This document shows positions 17,735 to 27,695 of a DNA stretch of 64,000 nucleotides, one piece after another (the stretch's first letter is position 1; each line of letters starts with the position of its first letter). The position numbers and the translations under genes were made by a program. Source of the DNA: Bacteroidales bacterium (GTDB lineage: Bacteria; Bacteroidota; Bacteroidia; Bacteroidales; UBA1715). Under the pieces are notes generated by a model. The model did not search any database and was not told the origin of the DNA. It saw only the letters and a program-made list of their open reading frames with translations. The stretch covers positions 7,319-71,318 of the forward strand of contig JAFZOY010000156.1 of NCBI GenBank assembly GCA_017552705.1, written 5' to 3'.

Positions 17735-19051
17735 ATGTACACATTTTCATTGTCGGAATACGGAGACAAATCGCAGAAGCCGTCTCCTGTAAATCAAATG
17801 ACAGCGGCATTTTCAAAAGATTTTCGCCAAGGTGTCGATATAAATTTAGGCGTCGGCTATGTGAACGACGAAACCATTCCGCATAGTCAATTGGCGGAGT
17901 GTTTCCAATATGTGTTGGCGCATACCGAGACGTATAAAAATGCTCTGAATTACGGTTCCGCCGATGGATCGGCGAATATACGAAACGCCATACGCAATTA
18001 TTATCTCAGAAATGCGATTGGCGGTGTTTCCCCATCGCTTCTTGACAAGAAAACCATTTGCGTTGGCGCAAACGGAGCAACCAGCCTACTGGACTCGTTT
18101 GCCGAAATATTGCCCAAAGGTATAGTTATCACAGCCGAGCCGAATTATTATATTTACACGGAGACACTGCAACGCAAAGGCTTTGAAGTATGTACAATAC
18201 CAGAAGATGAATCAGGAATGCGTTCCGATTTATTGCGGAAAACATTGGAACAAATTGATTTGGAGAAACTTAGTTTCTTTTACATTGTAACAGTCAACAA
18301 TCCTTCGTCAGTTATATTAAGCAATTCCCGAAGAAAAGAGATTGTAGCCTTGGCAACGGAAGTTTCACGGAAAATAAACAGAAAAATCCCCGTGATTTTC
18401 GACAAAGCATACGAAGACATTATATTCGACACCACTATAGAAAAGCCTCTTTCGGGAATGATGTTCGACGAAGACGGACTGGTTGTGGAATTGGGCACGC
18501 TGTCGAAAATAATTGCACCCGCTCTACGTATTGGCTACGCCATTGCCGACGATTCCGAATTGATGCGGGCGCTCATTCAAAAAACAAGCGACATTGGTTT
18601 CAGCGCGCCGCTAATAAACGAAGAAATGGCGGCACGATTCATCGACTGCCACATTGACCAACACGCGCTGAAAGTCCGTGCAGGCTATAGAGCAAAAGCA
18701 GAAGCCCTGCAACAATTGATACAAACGCACCTCGGGAAATATCTGGAACGATATTCAGGTGGACAGGCGGGTTTTTATTTCTACCTGACATTCAAACAGA
18801 TAGAAACCCATCCGAATTCATTGTTTTTCGCCTATTTATCACGCAAAACAGGGAATCCCGCAATCGATGGAAATCCAATGAATCCACGTTTAATCTACGT
18901 GCCAGGATGTTTCTGCGTATCGCAAAATGGTCCTATGAAATCCGAAGGGCAACGGCAACTGCGTATTTCCTACGGATTTGAAGACATTCCTGAACTGGAA
19001 CGGGCAATACTGCTTATGCGCGATGCGGCGGAATATGTTTCCGCACAATAA
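17735..19051 (+). CDS. PLP-dependent aminotransferase, class I/II
   Basis: Fold-type I layout with LGVGYVND, NNPS, FDKAYEDI, LGTLSKIIAPALRIGY (PLP lysine motif). Start set to ATG 17735, after the terminator. Confidence 0.8.
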   Translation: MYTFSLSEYGDKSQKPSPVNQMTAAFSKDFRQGVDINLGVGYVNDETIPHSQLAECFQYVLAHTETYKNALNYGSADGSANIRNAIRNYYLRNAIGGVSPSLLDKKTICVGANGATSLLDSFAEILPKGIVITAEPNYYIYTETLQRKGFEVCTIPEDESGMRSDLLRKTLEQIDLEKLSFFYIVTVNNPSSVILSNSRRKEIVALATEVSRKINRKIPVIFDKAYEDIIFDTTIEKPLSGMMFDEDGLVVELGTLSKIIAPALRIGYAIADDSELMRALIQKTSDIGFSAPLINEEMAARFIDCHIDQHALKVRAGYRAKAEALQQLIQTHLGKYLERYSGGQAGFYFYLTFKQIETHPNSLFFAYLSRKTGNPAIDGNPMNPRLIYVPGCFCVSQNGPMKSEGQRQLRISYGFEDIPELERAILLMRDAAEYVSAQ

Positions 19052-19053
19052 TG

Positions 19054-20424
19054 CTATCGTAGCAACTTTGCAAATTCCTCTTTAACCTTGTCACGGGATA
19101 CACGCAAATCCAAAATCTCGGACTTTTTCGTCAACAATCCCATGTTGAACCGCAATTCCTGTGCAATTAGTTTTATCAATTTTGGATAATCGATGAACAC
19201 AGGCCATAAGAGCGTTAGAACCAAGATGAAAATAAACACTGTCCACCATGGGAACGGTGCAAAAATCAACCACAAAATTGCCAACAGCAAATGAACGATT
19301 GTTACGATAAGCAAACCGCCAACAAACATTATGGAATTTCGGAAAAGAATGTCTTTTGCCAATGTTTTTCCAAGTTTGTTCATTCCCAAATATGGCAATG
19401 AGCAAAAACAGAGACTCACAAGGAAAACAGGCAACAAAACGAGAGCTTTCATACAATTCCAAATAATATGAAACGCATCGTCGCCGTCGTTCTCAACAAT
19501 CTCGTATGAGAATCCCGATGAAGAACGTTTTGTTTCGTAGTCGTCAATCAATGGCTTCACAGATGCAATGTAACCAGGATTTGCATTTTCTTGATTTTCA
19601 ACAAGATTAATGGTTTTCTGGTCCGCCATGAAGGCACGTTCCTGCCGATTTCCACGAGCTTGAATTGATGAAAGAGTTTGGTTTCGGCAAGTCAATCGAA
19701 TGCTTTCCACCGTATGGTAGGTTTCATCGGTTTGTGGAATATCGAGCATAGTTGCCCGCATACCAGTTTCAATCGCATCGCGAATCTCATTTTCCGCCGA
19801 TTGGGAATTTTCCTTCAGCGAAGCGATATATTGCCGCATAGGAATTGGTTCACCGATTTTCACAAACAAATTCGAACGAACAGCAACATAGTCATCATAA
19901 TATATTCCAACAGGATTAACATTTATATCAAGGGCAAAATTGTTTTTTTCCTCCGCCATGTGAACAATACGAGGAATTGCTTTCCGCGTTTGACGAAGTC
20001 TGCGGAATCCCCAATGCGTTCCTTCTGGGAACAAACCAACGAGACGTTTTGCTGTGATAACTTCCACAACTTTCTCAAAAACCATATTGTTATCTTCGAG
20101 GCTTTTAAGTCCATCACGTTGACGGAACACTGGCAGGATTTTCAAAGCATGTAGGATTGGAATCAACGCCTTCTTCTTATACAAGTCGGCACGTGCGAGC
20201 CATGTGATATCACGGAAGATTGTGCCGCACAGCGCAAGCGGATCCATTGCCGTGTTTTGATGGTTTATGGCTAAAATTGTCGGAGTGTTACGGTCAAGAT
20301 TTTTCTTGCCGACAATTGTGATATTTTTGTACCACACCTTAAACCAAAACAAGAACCAGAAATTCCGTATAAGGAAATGTGCCAATACAAATTTTTCGGG
20401 TTTTCCCAAGTCTAATTTTGCCAT
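19054..20424 (-). CDS. lysophospholipid (1-acyl-sn-glycerol-3-phosphate-type) acyltransferase with C-terminal membrane domain
   Basis: HX4D motif NHQNTAMDP, FPEGTH block, several C-terminal TM helices. Confidence 0.75.
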   Translation of the reverse strand: MAKLDLGKPEKFVLAHFLIRNFWFLFWFKVWYKNITIVGKKNLDRNTPTILAINHQNTAMDPLALCGTIFRDITWLARADLYKKKALIPILHALKILPVFRQRDGLKSLEDNNMVFEKVVEVITAKRLVGLFPEGTHWGFRRLRQTRKAIPRIVHMAEEKNNFALDINVNPVGIYYDDYVAVRSNLFVKIGEPIPMRQYIASLKENSQSAENEIRDAIETGMRATMLDIPQTDETYHTVESIRLTCRNQTLSSIQARGNRQERAFMADQKTINLVENQENANPGYIASVKPLIDDYETKRSSSGFSYEIVENDGDDAFHIIWNCMKALVLLPVFLVSLCFCSLPYLGMNKLGKTLAKDILFRNSIMFVGGLLIVTIVHLLLAILWLIFAPFPWWTVFIFILVLTLLWPVFIDYPKLIKLIAQELRFNMGLLTKKSEILDLRVSRDKVKEEFAKLLR

Positions 20425-21485
20425 TATTCCTTATTCTTTAATTGTTCCTGCAATTCAGCGACCTGTTTTTTAAGTTCATTCATTTCCTTTACTATTTTCG
20501 GAAGATTCCGGAAATGCACATACGTACGTTTGAATTCGTGACCTTCGAATGCTGGAGCGCCCATCAGTTTTGCATTGTCGGGAACATCGGCGAAAATTCC
20601 TGATTTTCCGCCACATTGAACACCATTTCCAATGTGAAGGTGTCCGGCAACGCCAGTTTGTCCGCCTATCATACAATTATTTCCCATTTTTGTGGAGCCA
20701 GCAATTCCTGATTGACCTGCAATCACGCAGTCGGAGCCAATAGTCACATTATGTCCGATTTGAATAAGATTGTCTATTTTCGTGCCATGGTCAATAACGG
20801 TCGAGCCCATTGTAGCACGGTCGATTGTGGCATTTGTACCGATTTCCACATTTTCCTTCAGCACCACATTTCCTGTTTGTGGAATCTTCATATACGACCC
20901 ATCTTCAAGCGGTGCGAAACCAAAGCCGTCGCCACCCACAACCGAGCCTGGCTGCAAAATACAATTATCGCCGATTTCACAATCGTTGAGCACAATCGCA
21001 CCAGCGTGAATCAACACATTTTTACCAATTTTTGCGTAAGGATAAATTGTTACATTCGGATAGATTTTACAGTTATCCCCGATTTCGGCATGTGCGCCAA
21101 TCGACACAAAATCACCGATATACACATTTTTACCAATTTTAGCCTTCCAACTTACGTGCGCCTTTCGCGAAATCCCCTTCAAGTTCTTCTGTTCCTTTTC
21201 TTTTTGGTAGAACACCAACAATTTGGTGAACGAAGAATATGGATCGTCAACGCGGATGAGCGTTGATGAAATCGGATGTTCGGGAACGAACGTTTTGCTA
21301 CACACGATAGCCGTTGCGTTTGTCGTATAAATATACGGCGTGTATTTAGGATTTGCGAGGAATGTGATTGAGCCTTCGCGCCCCTCCTCGATTTTCGATA
21401 CTCGTACGATTTTTGCATTTTCGTCACCGTCAACCACACCGTCAAGTGCTTGTGCGATACGTGCTGCTGTAAACTCAAATTTCAT
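20424..21485 (-). CDS. lpxD: UDP-3-O-acylglucosamine N-acyltransferase
   Basis: LpxD-type N-terminus ([16 protein letters not shown]...), long hexapeptide-repeat region, C-terminal helix. Confidence 0.9.
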   Translation of the reverse strand: MKFEFTAARIAQALDGVVDGDENAKIVRVSKIEEGREGSITFLANPKYTPYIYTTNATAIVCSKTFVPEHPISSTLIRVDDPYSSFTKLLVFYQKEKEQKNLKGISRKAHVSWKAKIGKNVYIGDFVSIGAHAEIGDNCKIYPNVTIYPYAKIGKNVLIHAGAIVLNDCEIGDNCILQPGSVVGGDGFGFAPLEDGSYMKIPQTGNVVLKENVEIGTNATIDRATMGSTVIDHGTKIDNLIQIGHNVTIGSDCVIAGQSGIAGSTKMGNNCMIGGQTGVAGHLHIGNGVQCGGKSGIFADVPDNAKLMGAPAFEGHEFKRTYVHFRNLPKIVKEMNELKKQVAELQEQLKNKE

Positions 21486-21560
21486 ATTGCAATCTTTTTT
21501 ACAAAAGTAATGTTTTTGCGGAAAGAAAGTTACGAGGTTTCAAAAAAAACACACCAAGCC

Positions 21561-23723
21561 TTATTTACGCATATCGAATCGTTCTGCACTGTACACACCT
21601 TTGATTGCCCGAATTCGTTCCAGAATTTTATCAAGATGGTAACTGTCACGTATAGAAAGAGTTAGCACGCCTTCAAAATTTCCATCTTTGGAATTCAAAT
21701 TGAATCCACGCAATTTCACATATTGGTCTTTAGAAAACAATTCCGTTATGTTGCTCACAATGCTGATTTCGTCGCTTCCTGTAACGCGTACGCCAGCACT
21801 AAAATCAACATTAGCATCGGCTTTACTCCACCGTGCCTTTATAATCCGGTAAGGATATACCTCCATCATATTCAACGCGTTCGGGCAGTTCAGACGATGG
21901 ATTTTTATGCCATTGCCAGCCGTAACAAAACCAAAAATATCGTCGCCTTTGATTGGGCTGCAACATTTTGCCAATTTATAATCAAGATTATCGTTCAAGT
22001 CATCGATTATCAGCAAGTTATCGCCTTCCTTCGAAATTTTTCGACTGATTTTTCCGCTAAAATCCTCGGAATCAATTGGCACAGGCTTTTTATCCTCATT
22101 CTTTTCTTCGAATAGAGTTTTTAAGATTGACAAATCAACCTTATTGTCCATCACGGCCAAATACAAGTCGATTGGTTCCTTAAAATTCAGAGCCTTGATG
22201 AGTTTTCGGATATGTTCGTCGCTAAATTTAATTTCAGACTGGGCGAACTTTCGTGCCAACATTTCCTTTCCGACTTCGGCAGTTTTATACTGCATTTCCC
22301 GAAGATATTTTTTAATATGCTGACGAGCCTTTGATGTTTTCACAAACGAAAGCCAGTCCTGTTTCGGCGACTGATTTTTCGATGTAAGGATTTCCACCGC
22401 GTCGCCATTTTTCAGTTCATGCTTCAGCGGGACAATCTTTCCGTTGACTTTTCCGCCCGTACAAGTATTTCCAATATTTGAATGAATTTCATACGCAAAA
22501 TCGAGTACCGTGGCATAAGCAGGCAATTTCCGCAAATCTCCTTGCGGCGTGAAAATAAACACTTCGTCGGAATACAATTCCATACGCGAATTACTGTCGT
22601 TTTCAAGACTGTCATCCGATTGATTTTCAAGAATATCGCGGATTTTCGACAGCCAATGCACAGAACCAGCCGCTGTATCGCCATCTTTATAAATCCAGTG
22701 AGCGGCCTGTCCCTTTTCCGCAACCTCGTCCATCCGTCGGGTACGGATTTGAACCTCAACCCACCGATTTTCAGGACCAAGAACTGTGGTGTGCAACGAC
22801 TCATAGCCGCTCGATTTAGGCGACGAAATCCAGTCGCGGAGCCGATTAGGATTCGGGCGATATAAATCGGAAATGATTGAATACACGTTCCAACAATCAC
22901 GTTTCTCGTTTTCTGGTTCCGAATCAATAATGATGCGGATTGCAAACAAGTCATAAATATGGTCGAACGTAACCTTACCTTTCTGCAATTTGTTCCAAAT
23001 GGAATGAATCGATTTCGGACGACCTTTAATTTCGAATGGCGGAATCCCCTTCGACTCAAGCAAAGCCTTGAGTGGCTCTATAAATCGGCGGATATACTCG
23101 TCGCGGCTCGCCTTTTTCTCGGCAAGTTGCCGTGCGATGGTTTTATAAATGTCGTTGTGCAAATATTTCATCGACATTTCCTCCATCTCCGTTTTCATCT
23201 GATACAATCCCAACCGATGCGCAAGCGGAGCATACAGAGAATCCAGTTCCTCGCACAATGTGAGCTGCTCGTGTTCCGTCAACGAAGAAATATGTCGGAG
23301 TTGGTTCAACTTGAAACTCAGCAAAATAAGCACTACCCGCACATCGTCGGCTTGGCTCAAAATCAGTTTTATAAAATTTTCCGACTGCATTTTCGAGCGC
23401 GATGTGTTGATTTTCGCAACCGTCTGCAATCCACGGACAATTCCCAGAACCTTTTCGCCGAATTCTTGGGAAATTGTTTTTTCGTCTATTATTTTATTGT
23501 CGAGACACGGTTTCAGAAAGATAGCCATCAGCGCCTTTGCGCCAAGTCCAATCATTACCACGGCAATTTCCGCCTGATTCAGGAATTGTTCTACTTGTTC
23601 GGCAGAAAAATGAGATTCACACAAAGCGAATGCTTGCCGAATTTTCGGTAAATCACGTTCCTTTTCTTGTATAAATGGTTTTGCCTCATCGAGCAATCGT
23701 TCTAATATCTTATTCTGTTCCAT
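21561..23723 (-). CDS. relA: RelA/SpoT-homolog (p)ppGpp synthetase, RelA-type with degenerate hydrolase domain
   Basis: Synthetase motifs RPKSIHSIWNKL, YDLFAIRII, GYESLHTTV, EVQIRTRRMD, plus TGS and ACT-like C-terminus. The position of the hydrolase HD dipeptide reads MAIFLKPCLD. Start set to MEQNK at 23723. Confidence 0.88.
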   Translation of the reverse strand: MEQNKILERLLDEAKPFIQEKERDLPKIRQAFALCESHFSAEQVEQFLNQAEIAVVMIGLGAKALMAIFLKPCLDNKIIDEKTISQEFGEKVLGIVRGLQTVAKINTSRSKMQSENFIKLILSQADDVRVVLILLSFKLNQLRHISSLTEHEQLTLCEELDSLYAPLAHRLGLYQMKTEMEEMSMKYLHNDIYKTIARQLAEKKASRDEYIRRFIEPLKALLESKGIPPFEIKGRPKSIHSIWNKLQKGKVTFDHIYDLFAIRIIIDSEPENEKRDCWNVYSIISDLYRPNPNRLRDWISSPKSSGYESLHTTVLGPENRWVEVQIRTRRMDEVAEKGQAAHWIYKDGDTAAGSVHWLSKIRDILENQSDDSLENDSNSRMELYSDEVFIFTPQGDLRKLPAYATVLDFAYEIHSNIGNTCTGGKVNGKIVPLKHELKNGDAVEILTSKNQSPKQDWLSFVKTSKARQHIKKYLREMQYKTAEVGKEMLARKFAQSEIKFSDEHIRKLIKALNFKEPIDLYLAVMDNKVDLSILKTLFEEKNEDKKPVPIDSEDFSGKISRKISKEGDNLLIIDDLNDNLDYKLAKCCSPIKGDDIFGFVTAGNGIKIHRLNCPNALNMMEVYPYRIIKARWSKADANVDFSAGVRVTGSDEISIVSNITELFSKDQYVKLRGFNLNSKDGNFEGVLTLSIRDSYHLDKILERIRAIKGVYSAERFDMRK

Positions 23724-23867
23724 ACACTTACCACTATTCATCCTTAAGTAAATCCACATTGGAAAGATACAATATTTACTCAAATATGGATTATTGCCTA
23801 CACTAAAAACAAAACAGGCGAAGAATTATCATAATTCCCCGCCTGTAAAATTTCTTTTTTCAAAGAA

Positions 23868-24455
23868 TCAATGACAACCGCCACAACAGCCGCCATCGCC
23901 ACAGTCGGAGCCGCAATCTCCACTATTGCAAGAACTTTCTCCACCACAATGACAGCCGCCGCAACCACGATGAAGTCCATGTACCAGTTCTTCTTCGGTA
24001 GCTTCGCGCACCGATTCAATTTTTCCACTGAAAAATAAATCAACTCCGGCAAGCGGATTATTAAAATCCATAACGACAGAATCCTCCTCTACACGTACCA
24101 CAACGCCATTTAGCGGATGTCCTTGTGCATCGCGCATTGGGATTGTATTGCCTGGATACAGCAAATCCTTCTGTACCGCACCGTCAATCGAAAACACTTG
24201 TATAGGGACTTCCACAATAGCCTCGTCGGTTCGTTCGCCGTACGCCTCAGAAGGAGTCAGGGCAAAATCAAAATCATCGCCGACCTCAAGTCCGGCAATA
24301 TTATCCTCGAATTTCGGCAACAACATTCCTGCGCCGAACAAGAATTCCAATGGTTTTTCCGCTTTGCAGACCTCCAGAACTTCGCCGTTTTCGTTGTCCT
24401 TATATAATGTATATGACAACGCCACCACGGTATTTTTTTCTATCTTCATATCCAT
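23868..24455 (-). CDS. slyD: FKBP-type peptidyl-prolyl cis-trans isomerase (SlyD-like) with Cys/Gly-rich C-terminal tail
   Basis: VVALSYTLYKDNENGEVLE...PLEFLFGAGMLLPKFEDNIAGLEVGDDFDFALTPSEAYGER. Tail HGLHRGCGGCHCGGESSCNSGDCGSDCGDGGCCGGCH. Start set to MDMK at 24455. Confidence 0.85.
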   Translation of the reverse strand: MDMKIEKNTVVALSYTLYKDNENGEVLEVCKAEKPLEFLFGAGMLLPKFEDNIAGLEVGDDFDFALTPSEAYGERTDEAIVEVPIQVFSIDGAVQKDLLYPGNTIPMRDAQGHPLNGVVVRVEEDSVVMDFNNPLAGVDLFFSGKIESVREATEEELVHGLHRGCGGCHCGGESSCNSGDCGSDCGDGGCCGGCH

Positions 24456-24549
24456 TCGATTTTGTGGCAAAAATATCAATAAAAATTCTATCTGCAATTT
24501 TTTTTGTTGTACACTCGCTAACTTGCCGTATTTTCTTACATTTGCCAAT

Positions 24550-25104
24550 ATGAAAAAATTGAATGTCATACAAGAGGGATTAGGTTCGTTGTTGCTTTCC
24601 TTCAGAACGAAATGGAACAACAGGGAACCAAAGTTCTATACTTTTGACAACGCCCAAACCATAGGAATACTCTACGATGCGACAAACAAAGACACGCATA
24701 CAAAAGTTTCGGAGTTTGCGAATATGATTGCCCGTCTTCACCCGAACATCCGCATCAACGCACTGGGGTTCCTATCGAATCCCGAAGCGGAAATCAGTCT
24801 TTCGCAGGCTGTTCCCACAGATTTTTTCTCGGCAAAGGATTTCAGCTGGTCAGGCGGACTACTGAGAGGAAAAGCGTTGGATTTCTCAAAGAAAAAATTT
24901 GACATTCTGTTTGACTTAACCACCGAAACATCCTATCCCATCAACTACATATCGCTTGCATCAAGGGCGTCGTACAAGGTTGGACGGTATATTGAGAACG
25001 ATTTGCGCTACGATTTACTCATCGACATAAAAAAGGAAAACACAATTGAGTATTTAATTATGCAAATCAATGTATATTTGACGAAAATTAAACCAAAACA
25101 ATAA
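24550..25104 (+). CDS. conserved hypothetical protein (184 aa)
   Basis: The part of track ORF 24148-25104 that does not overlap slyD. ATG at 24550. Immediately upstream of dapA (1-nt gap). Confidence 0.6.
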   Translation: MKKLNVIQEGLGSLLLSFRTKWNNREPKFYTFDNAQTIGILYDATNKDTHTKVSEFANMIARLHPNIRINALGFLSNPEAEISLSQAVPTDFFSAKDFSWSGGLLRGKALDFSKKKFDILFDLTTETSYPINYISLASRASYKVGRYIENDLRYDLLIDIKKENTIEYLIMQINVYLTKIKPKQ

Positions 25105-25105
25105 T

Positions 25106-25993
25106 ATGACAATTCAAGATAAATTTCACGGTACCGGAGCTGCGCTTATAACTCCATTCACCGCTGACAACAAAATTGATTTTAAATCGTTGGAAAGACT
25201 TGTAAACCACGTAATTAATGGCGGGGTTGACTTTTTAGTCGTATTCGGCACAACAGGCGAGCCAGTTACAATGGACGAGGGCGAAAAGAAAGCGGTACTT
25301 GATTTTATCTGTGAGAAAAACACCAAAAAACTTCCGATGATTGTTGGATGCGGTGGCAACAACACGAGTGAAATTGCTGATAAAGCAGCAAAAATCGACA
25401 CCCGTTTCGATGCAATTCTGTCGGTTGTACCATATTACAATAAACCAAACCAACGAGGAATGTTCCAACACTACAAAACCGTGTCGGAAGCAAGTGCATT
25501 GCCTGTGATTGCATACAACGTTCCTGGACGGACAGGTTGCAATATGGAAGCAAACACAACAATCAAAATCGCACACGAACTGCCAAATGTGATTGGAATT
25601 AAAGAAGCTTCGCCTTCGGTGGAACAATTCACGTACATAAAAAAAGATGTTCCCGATGATTTTATGGTAATCAGCGGCGACGATTCCATTGTGGTTCCTC
25701 ACATGTCGCTTGGCGCATGGGGAGCGATTTCGGTGACCGCCAACGCGATGCCTAAATTGTATTCCGATATGATTCGCCTTTGTATAGCAAACAAATACGA
25801 CGAAGCATTGAAAATACACTTGAAATTGATAGAATTCACCGACAGTCTGTTTACCGAAGGGAGTCCGGCAGGCGTGAAAGCCGCATTGTCGATTATGGGA
25901 ATTATCGACAACAATCTACGATTGCCATTGGTTCCTGTAACAGACAAACATCACGAATATATCACACGTCTTATCAACGATTTACAAAAATAA
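25106..25993 (+). CDS. dapA: 4-hydroxy-tetrahydrodipicolinate synthase
   Basis: GTGAALITPF, VVFGTTGE, YNKP, YNVPGRTG, IGIKEAS (Schiff-base lysine context). Confidence 0.93.
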   Translation: MTIQDKFHGTGAALITPFTADNKIDFKSLERLVNHVINGGVDFLVVFGTTGEPVTMDEGEKKAVLDFICEKNTKKLPMIVGCGGNNTSEIADKAAKIDTRFDAILSVVPYYNKPNQRGMFQHYKTVSEASALPVIAYNVPGRTGCNMEANTTIKIAHELPNVIGIKEASPSVEQFTYIKKDVPDDFMVISGDDSIVVPHMSLGAWGAISVTANAMPKLYSDMIRLCIANKYDEALKIHLKLIEFTDSLFTEGSPAGVKAALSIMGIIDNNLRLPLVPVTDKHHEYITRLINDLQK

Positions 25994-26031
25994 CATTCTG
26001 TAAATCATTGTCATAAACGGAACTCGACCTA

Positions 26032-26982
26032 TTATAGGAAGAGTGAATCAATAAAATCTTTTTTGTTGAAGAATTGCAAGTCGTCGATTCCTTCACCAAC
26101 GCCGATGTATTTTACAGGGATTTTGAACTGGTCGGAAATGCCAATCACAACGCCGCCTTTGGCTGTACCATCTAATTTAGTGAGAGCCAATGCGTTGACT
26201 TCGGTTGCTTTGGTAAATTGCTTTGCCTGTTCAAACGCATTTTGACCTGTAGAAGCGTCAAGCACCAACAAAATTTCGTGTGGAGCGTCGGGAATCAGTT
26301 TTTGCATAACACGTTTGATTTTCGTCAACTCGTTCATCAAATTCACTTTGTTGTGCAAACGACCAGCCGTATCGATTATCACCACATCGGCATCGTTTGC
26401 CATTGCGGAGTTGAGTGTATCGAACGCAACCGAAGCTGGGTCTGAGCCCATTTGCTGTTTAATGAGAGGAACATCCACACGGTTTGCCCACACCTCCAAC
26501 TGCTCAATTGCAGCAGCACGGAACGTATCGGCGGCACCGAGATAGACTTTTTTGCCTGCAGCCTTGAATTTTGCAGCCAACTTGCCAATGGTGGTAGTTT
26601 TTCCCACACCATTCACGCCAACAACCATAATAACATATGGTTTTGTGTGTACGTCAAGAAAATTTTCGGAAATATCGTTGTCGTTTTCGGCAAGCAAACC
26701 CATAATCTCCTCACGGAGAATCGTTTGCAGTTCGTCGGTGCCGATGAATTTGTCATGGGCAACCCTGTCCTGAATCCGTTCAATAATGCGAATGGTAGTA
26801 TCAACACCCACATCGGAGGTGATAAGAATTTCTTCCAAGTTGTCGAGCACATCGTCGTCAACCGTAGATTTTCCAGCAATCAAACGAGTGATTTTTTTCA
26901 AAACCGACTCTTTGGTTTTTTCCAAACCTTTGTCAAGTGCCTCTTTTTGACTGCTTCCCTTAAAAAAGTCAAATAAACCCAT
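26032..26982 (-). CDS. ftsY: signal recognition particle receptor
   Basis: NG domain: VGVNGVGKTTTIGKLA, DTAGRLH, TKLDGTAKGG. Start set to MGLFDFFK at 26982. Confidence 0.93.
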   Translation of the reverse strand: MGLFDFFKGSSQKEALDKGLEKTKESVLKKITRLIAGKSTVDDDVLDNLEEILITSDVGVDTTIRIIERIQDRVAHDKFIGTDELQTILREEIMGLLAENDNDISENFLDVHTKPYVIMVVGVNGVGKTTTIGKLAAKFKAAGKKVYLGAADTFRAAAIEQLEVWANRVDVPLIKQQMGSDPASVAFDTLNSAMANDADVVIIDTAGRLHNKVNLMNELTKIKRVMQKLIPDAPHEILLVLDASTGQNAFEQAKQFTKATEVNALALTKLDGTAKGGVVIGISDQFKIPVKYIGVGEGIDDLQFFNKKDFIDSLFL

Positions 26983-27078
26983 CGCATTTAATTTTCGGCA
27001 AGTTACAATTTTTTTATGCCCAAACGTTTTATAAAAAATATTTTCTTGTAAAAATCTACAAAGTGTTCGTGTTTTTAC

Positions 27079-27086
27079 TATATTTG
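27079..27086 (+). promoter_or_regulatory. -7 box (TAtaTTTG) upstream of hicA
   Basis: Perfect TAnnTTTG, 20 nt before the ATG at 27107. Confidence 0.45.
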
Positions 27087-27106
27087 CATAAATTAACACC
27101 AAGAAA

Positions 27107-27295
27107 ATGAGTTATAAATCAGTCGCAGACGTGTTGACATTGCTTAAAAATAATGGGTTTATGCAAGTTAGTCAAAAAGGAAGTCACATAAAATTAAGGA
27201 ATGGCGATAAAATTGTCATTGTTCCTAACCATGGGAAAAAGGGGATAGAAAAGGGAACGTATTTTAACATATTACGACAAGCTGGATTAAAATAG
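27107..27295 (+). CDS. hicA: type II toxin-antitoxin system HicA-family mRNA interferase toxin
   Basis: 62 aa. GF.QVSQKGSHIKLRNGDKIVIVPNHGKKGIEKGTYFNILRQAGL matches the HicA/YcfA pattern (GSH...., vP.H....l..gt...Il.qag). Confidence 0.85.
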   Translation: MSYKSVADVLTLLKNNGFMQVSQKGSHIKLRNGDKIVIVPNHGKKGIEKGTYFNILRQAGLK

Positions 27296-27301
27296 ATAGT
27301 T

Positions 27302-27694
27302 ATGGCAACAATTAAGGTTATAGTAGAATATGCAGGGAAGAATTTAAGTGCGTATATCCCTGATGCTCCGATTTTTACCGTTGGCAAAAACCTCAACGAG
27401 ATTCGTACAAACATTGAAGAAGCCATTTCTTTGTATTTGGAAGACAATCCATCGCCTTTGGAAATGTTTGGTGGCGACTATACACTTGAGTTACAATTAG
27501 ATGCGGCTACATTCATCAATTGTTATAGTGGTATTTTTACAAAATCGGCATTGAGTCACATTACCGGCATAAACGAACGGCAAATTTGGCATTATGCGGC
27601 AGGAATGCACAAACCCCGCAAGGCACAAGTACAGAAAATCCAATCCGGCATTGACAGAATTTCAAAAGAGTTGTCGCAAATATGTATTTTATGA
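27302..27694 (+). CDS. hicB: HicB-family antitoxin with C-terminal HTH-like region
   Basis: The N-terminal segment (YAGKNLSAYIPDAPIFTVGKNLNEIRTNIEEAISLYLED) resembles HicB. It follows hicA by 6 nt. The C-terminal part is HTH-like. Confidence 0.75.
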   Translation: MATIKVIVEYAGKNLSAYIPDAPIFTVGKNLNEIRTNIEEAISLYLEDNPSPLEMFGGDYTLELQLDAATFINCYSGIFTKSALSHITGINERQIWHYAAGMHKPRKAQVQKIQSGIDRISKELSQICIL

Positions 27695-27695
27695 G

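Noticed and set aside
20712-21266. 184-aa ORF antisense to lpxD
   Set aside because: The hexapeptide-repeat coding sequence commonly leaves antisense frames open. LpxD identity on the minus strand is clear.
22424-23651. Several 100-230-aa ORFs on both strands within the relA region
   Set aside because: They all overlap the RSH gene, whose motifs are unambiguous. The alternative frames show no family signatures.
24148-24549. 5' extension of the 318-aa ORF upstream of dapA
   Set aside because: The extension overlaps slyD on the opposite strand. An internal ATG at 24550 gives a non-overlapping 184-aa protein.
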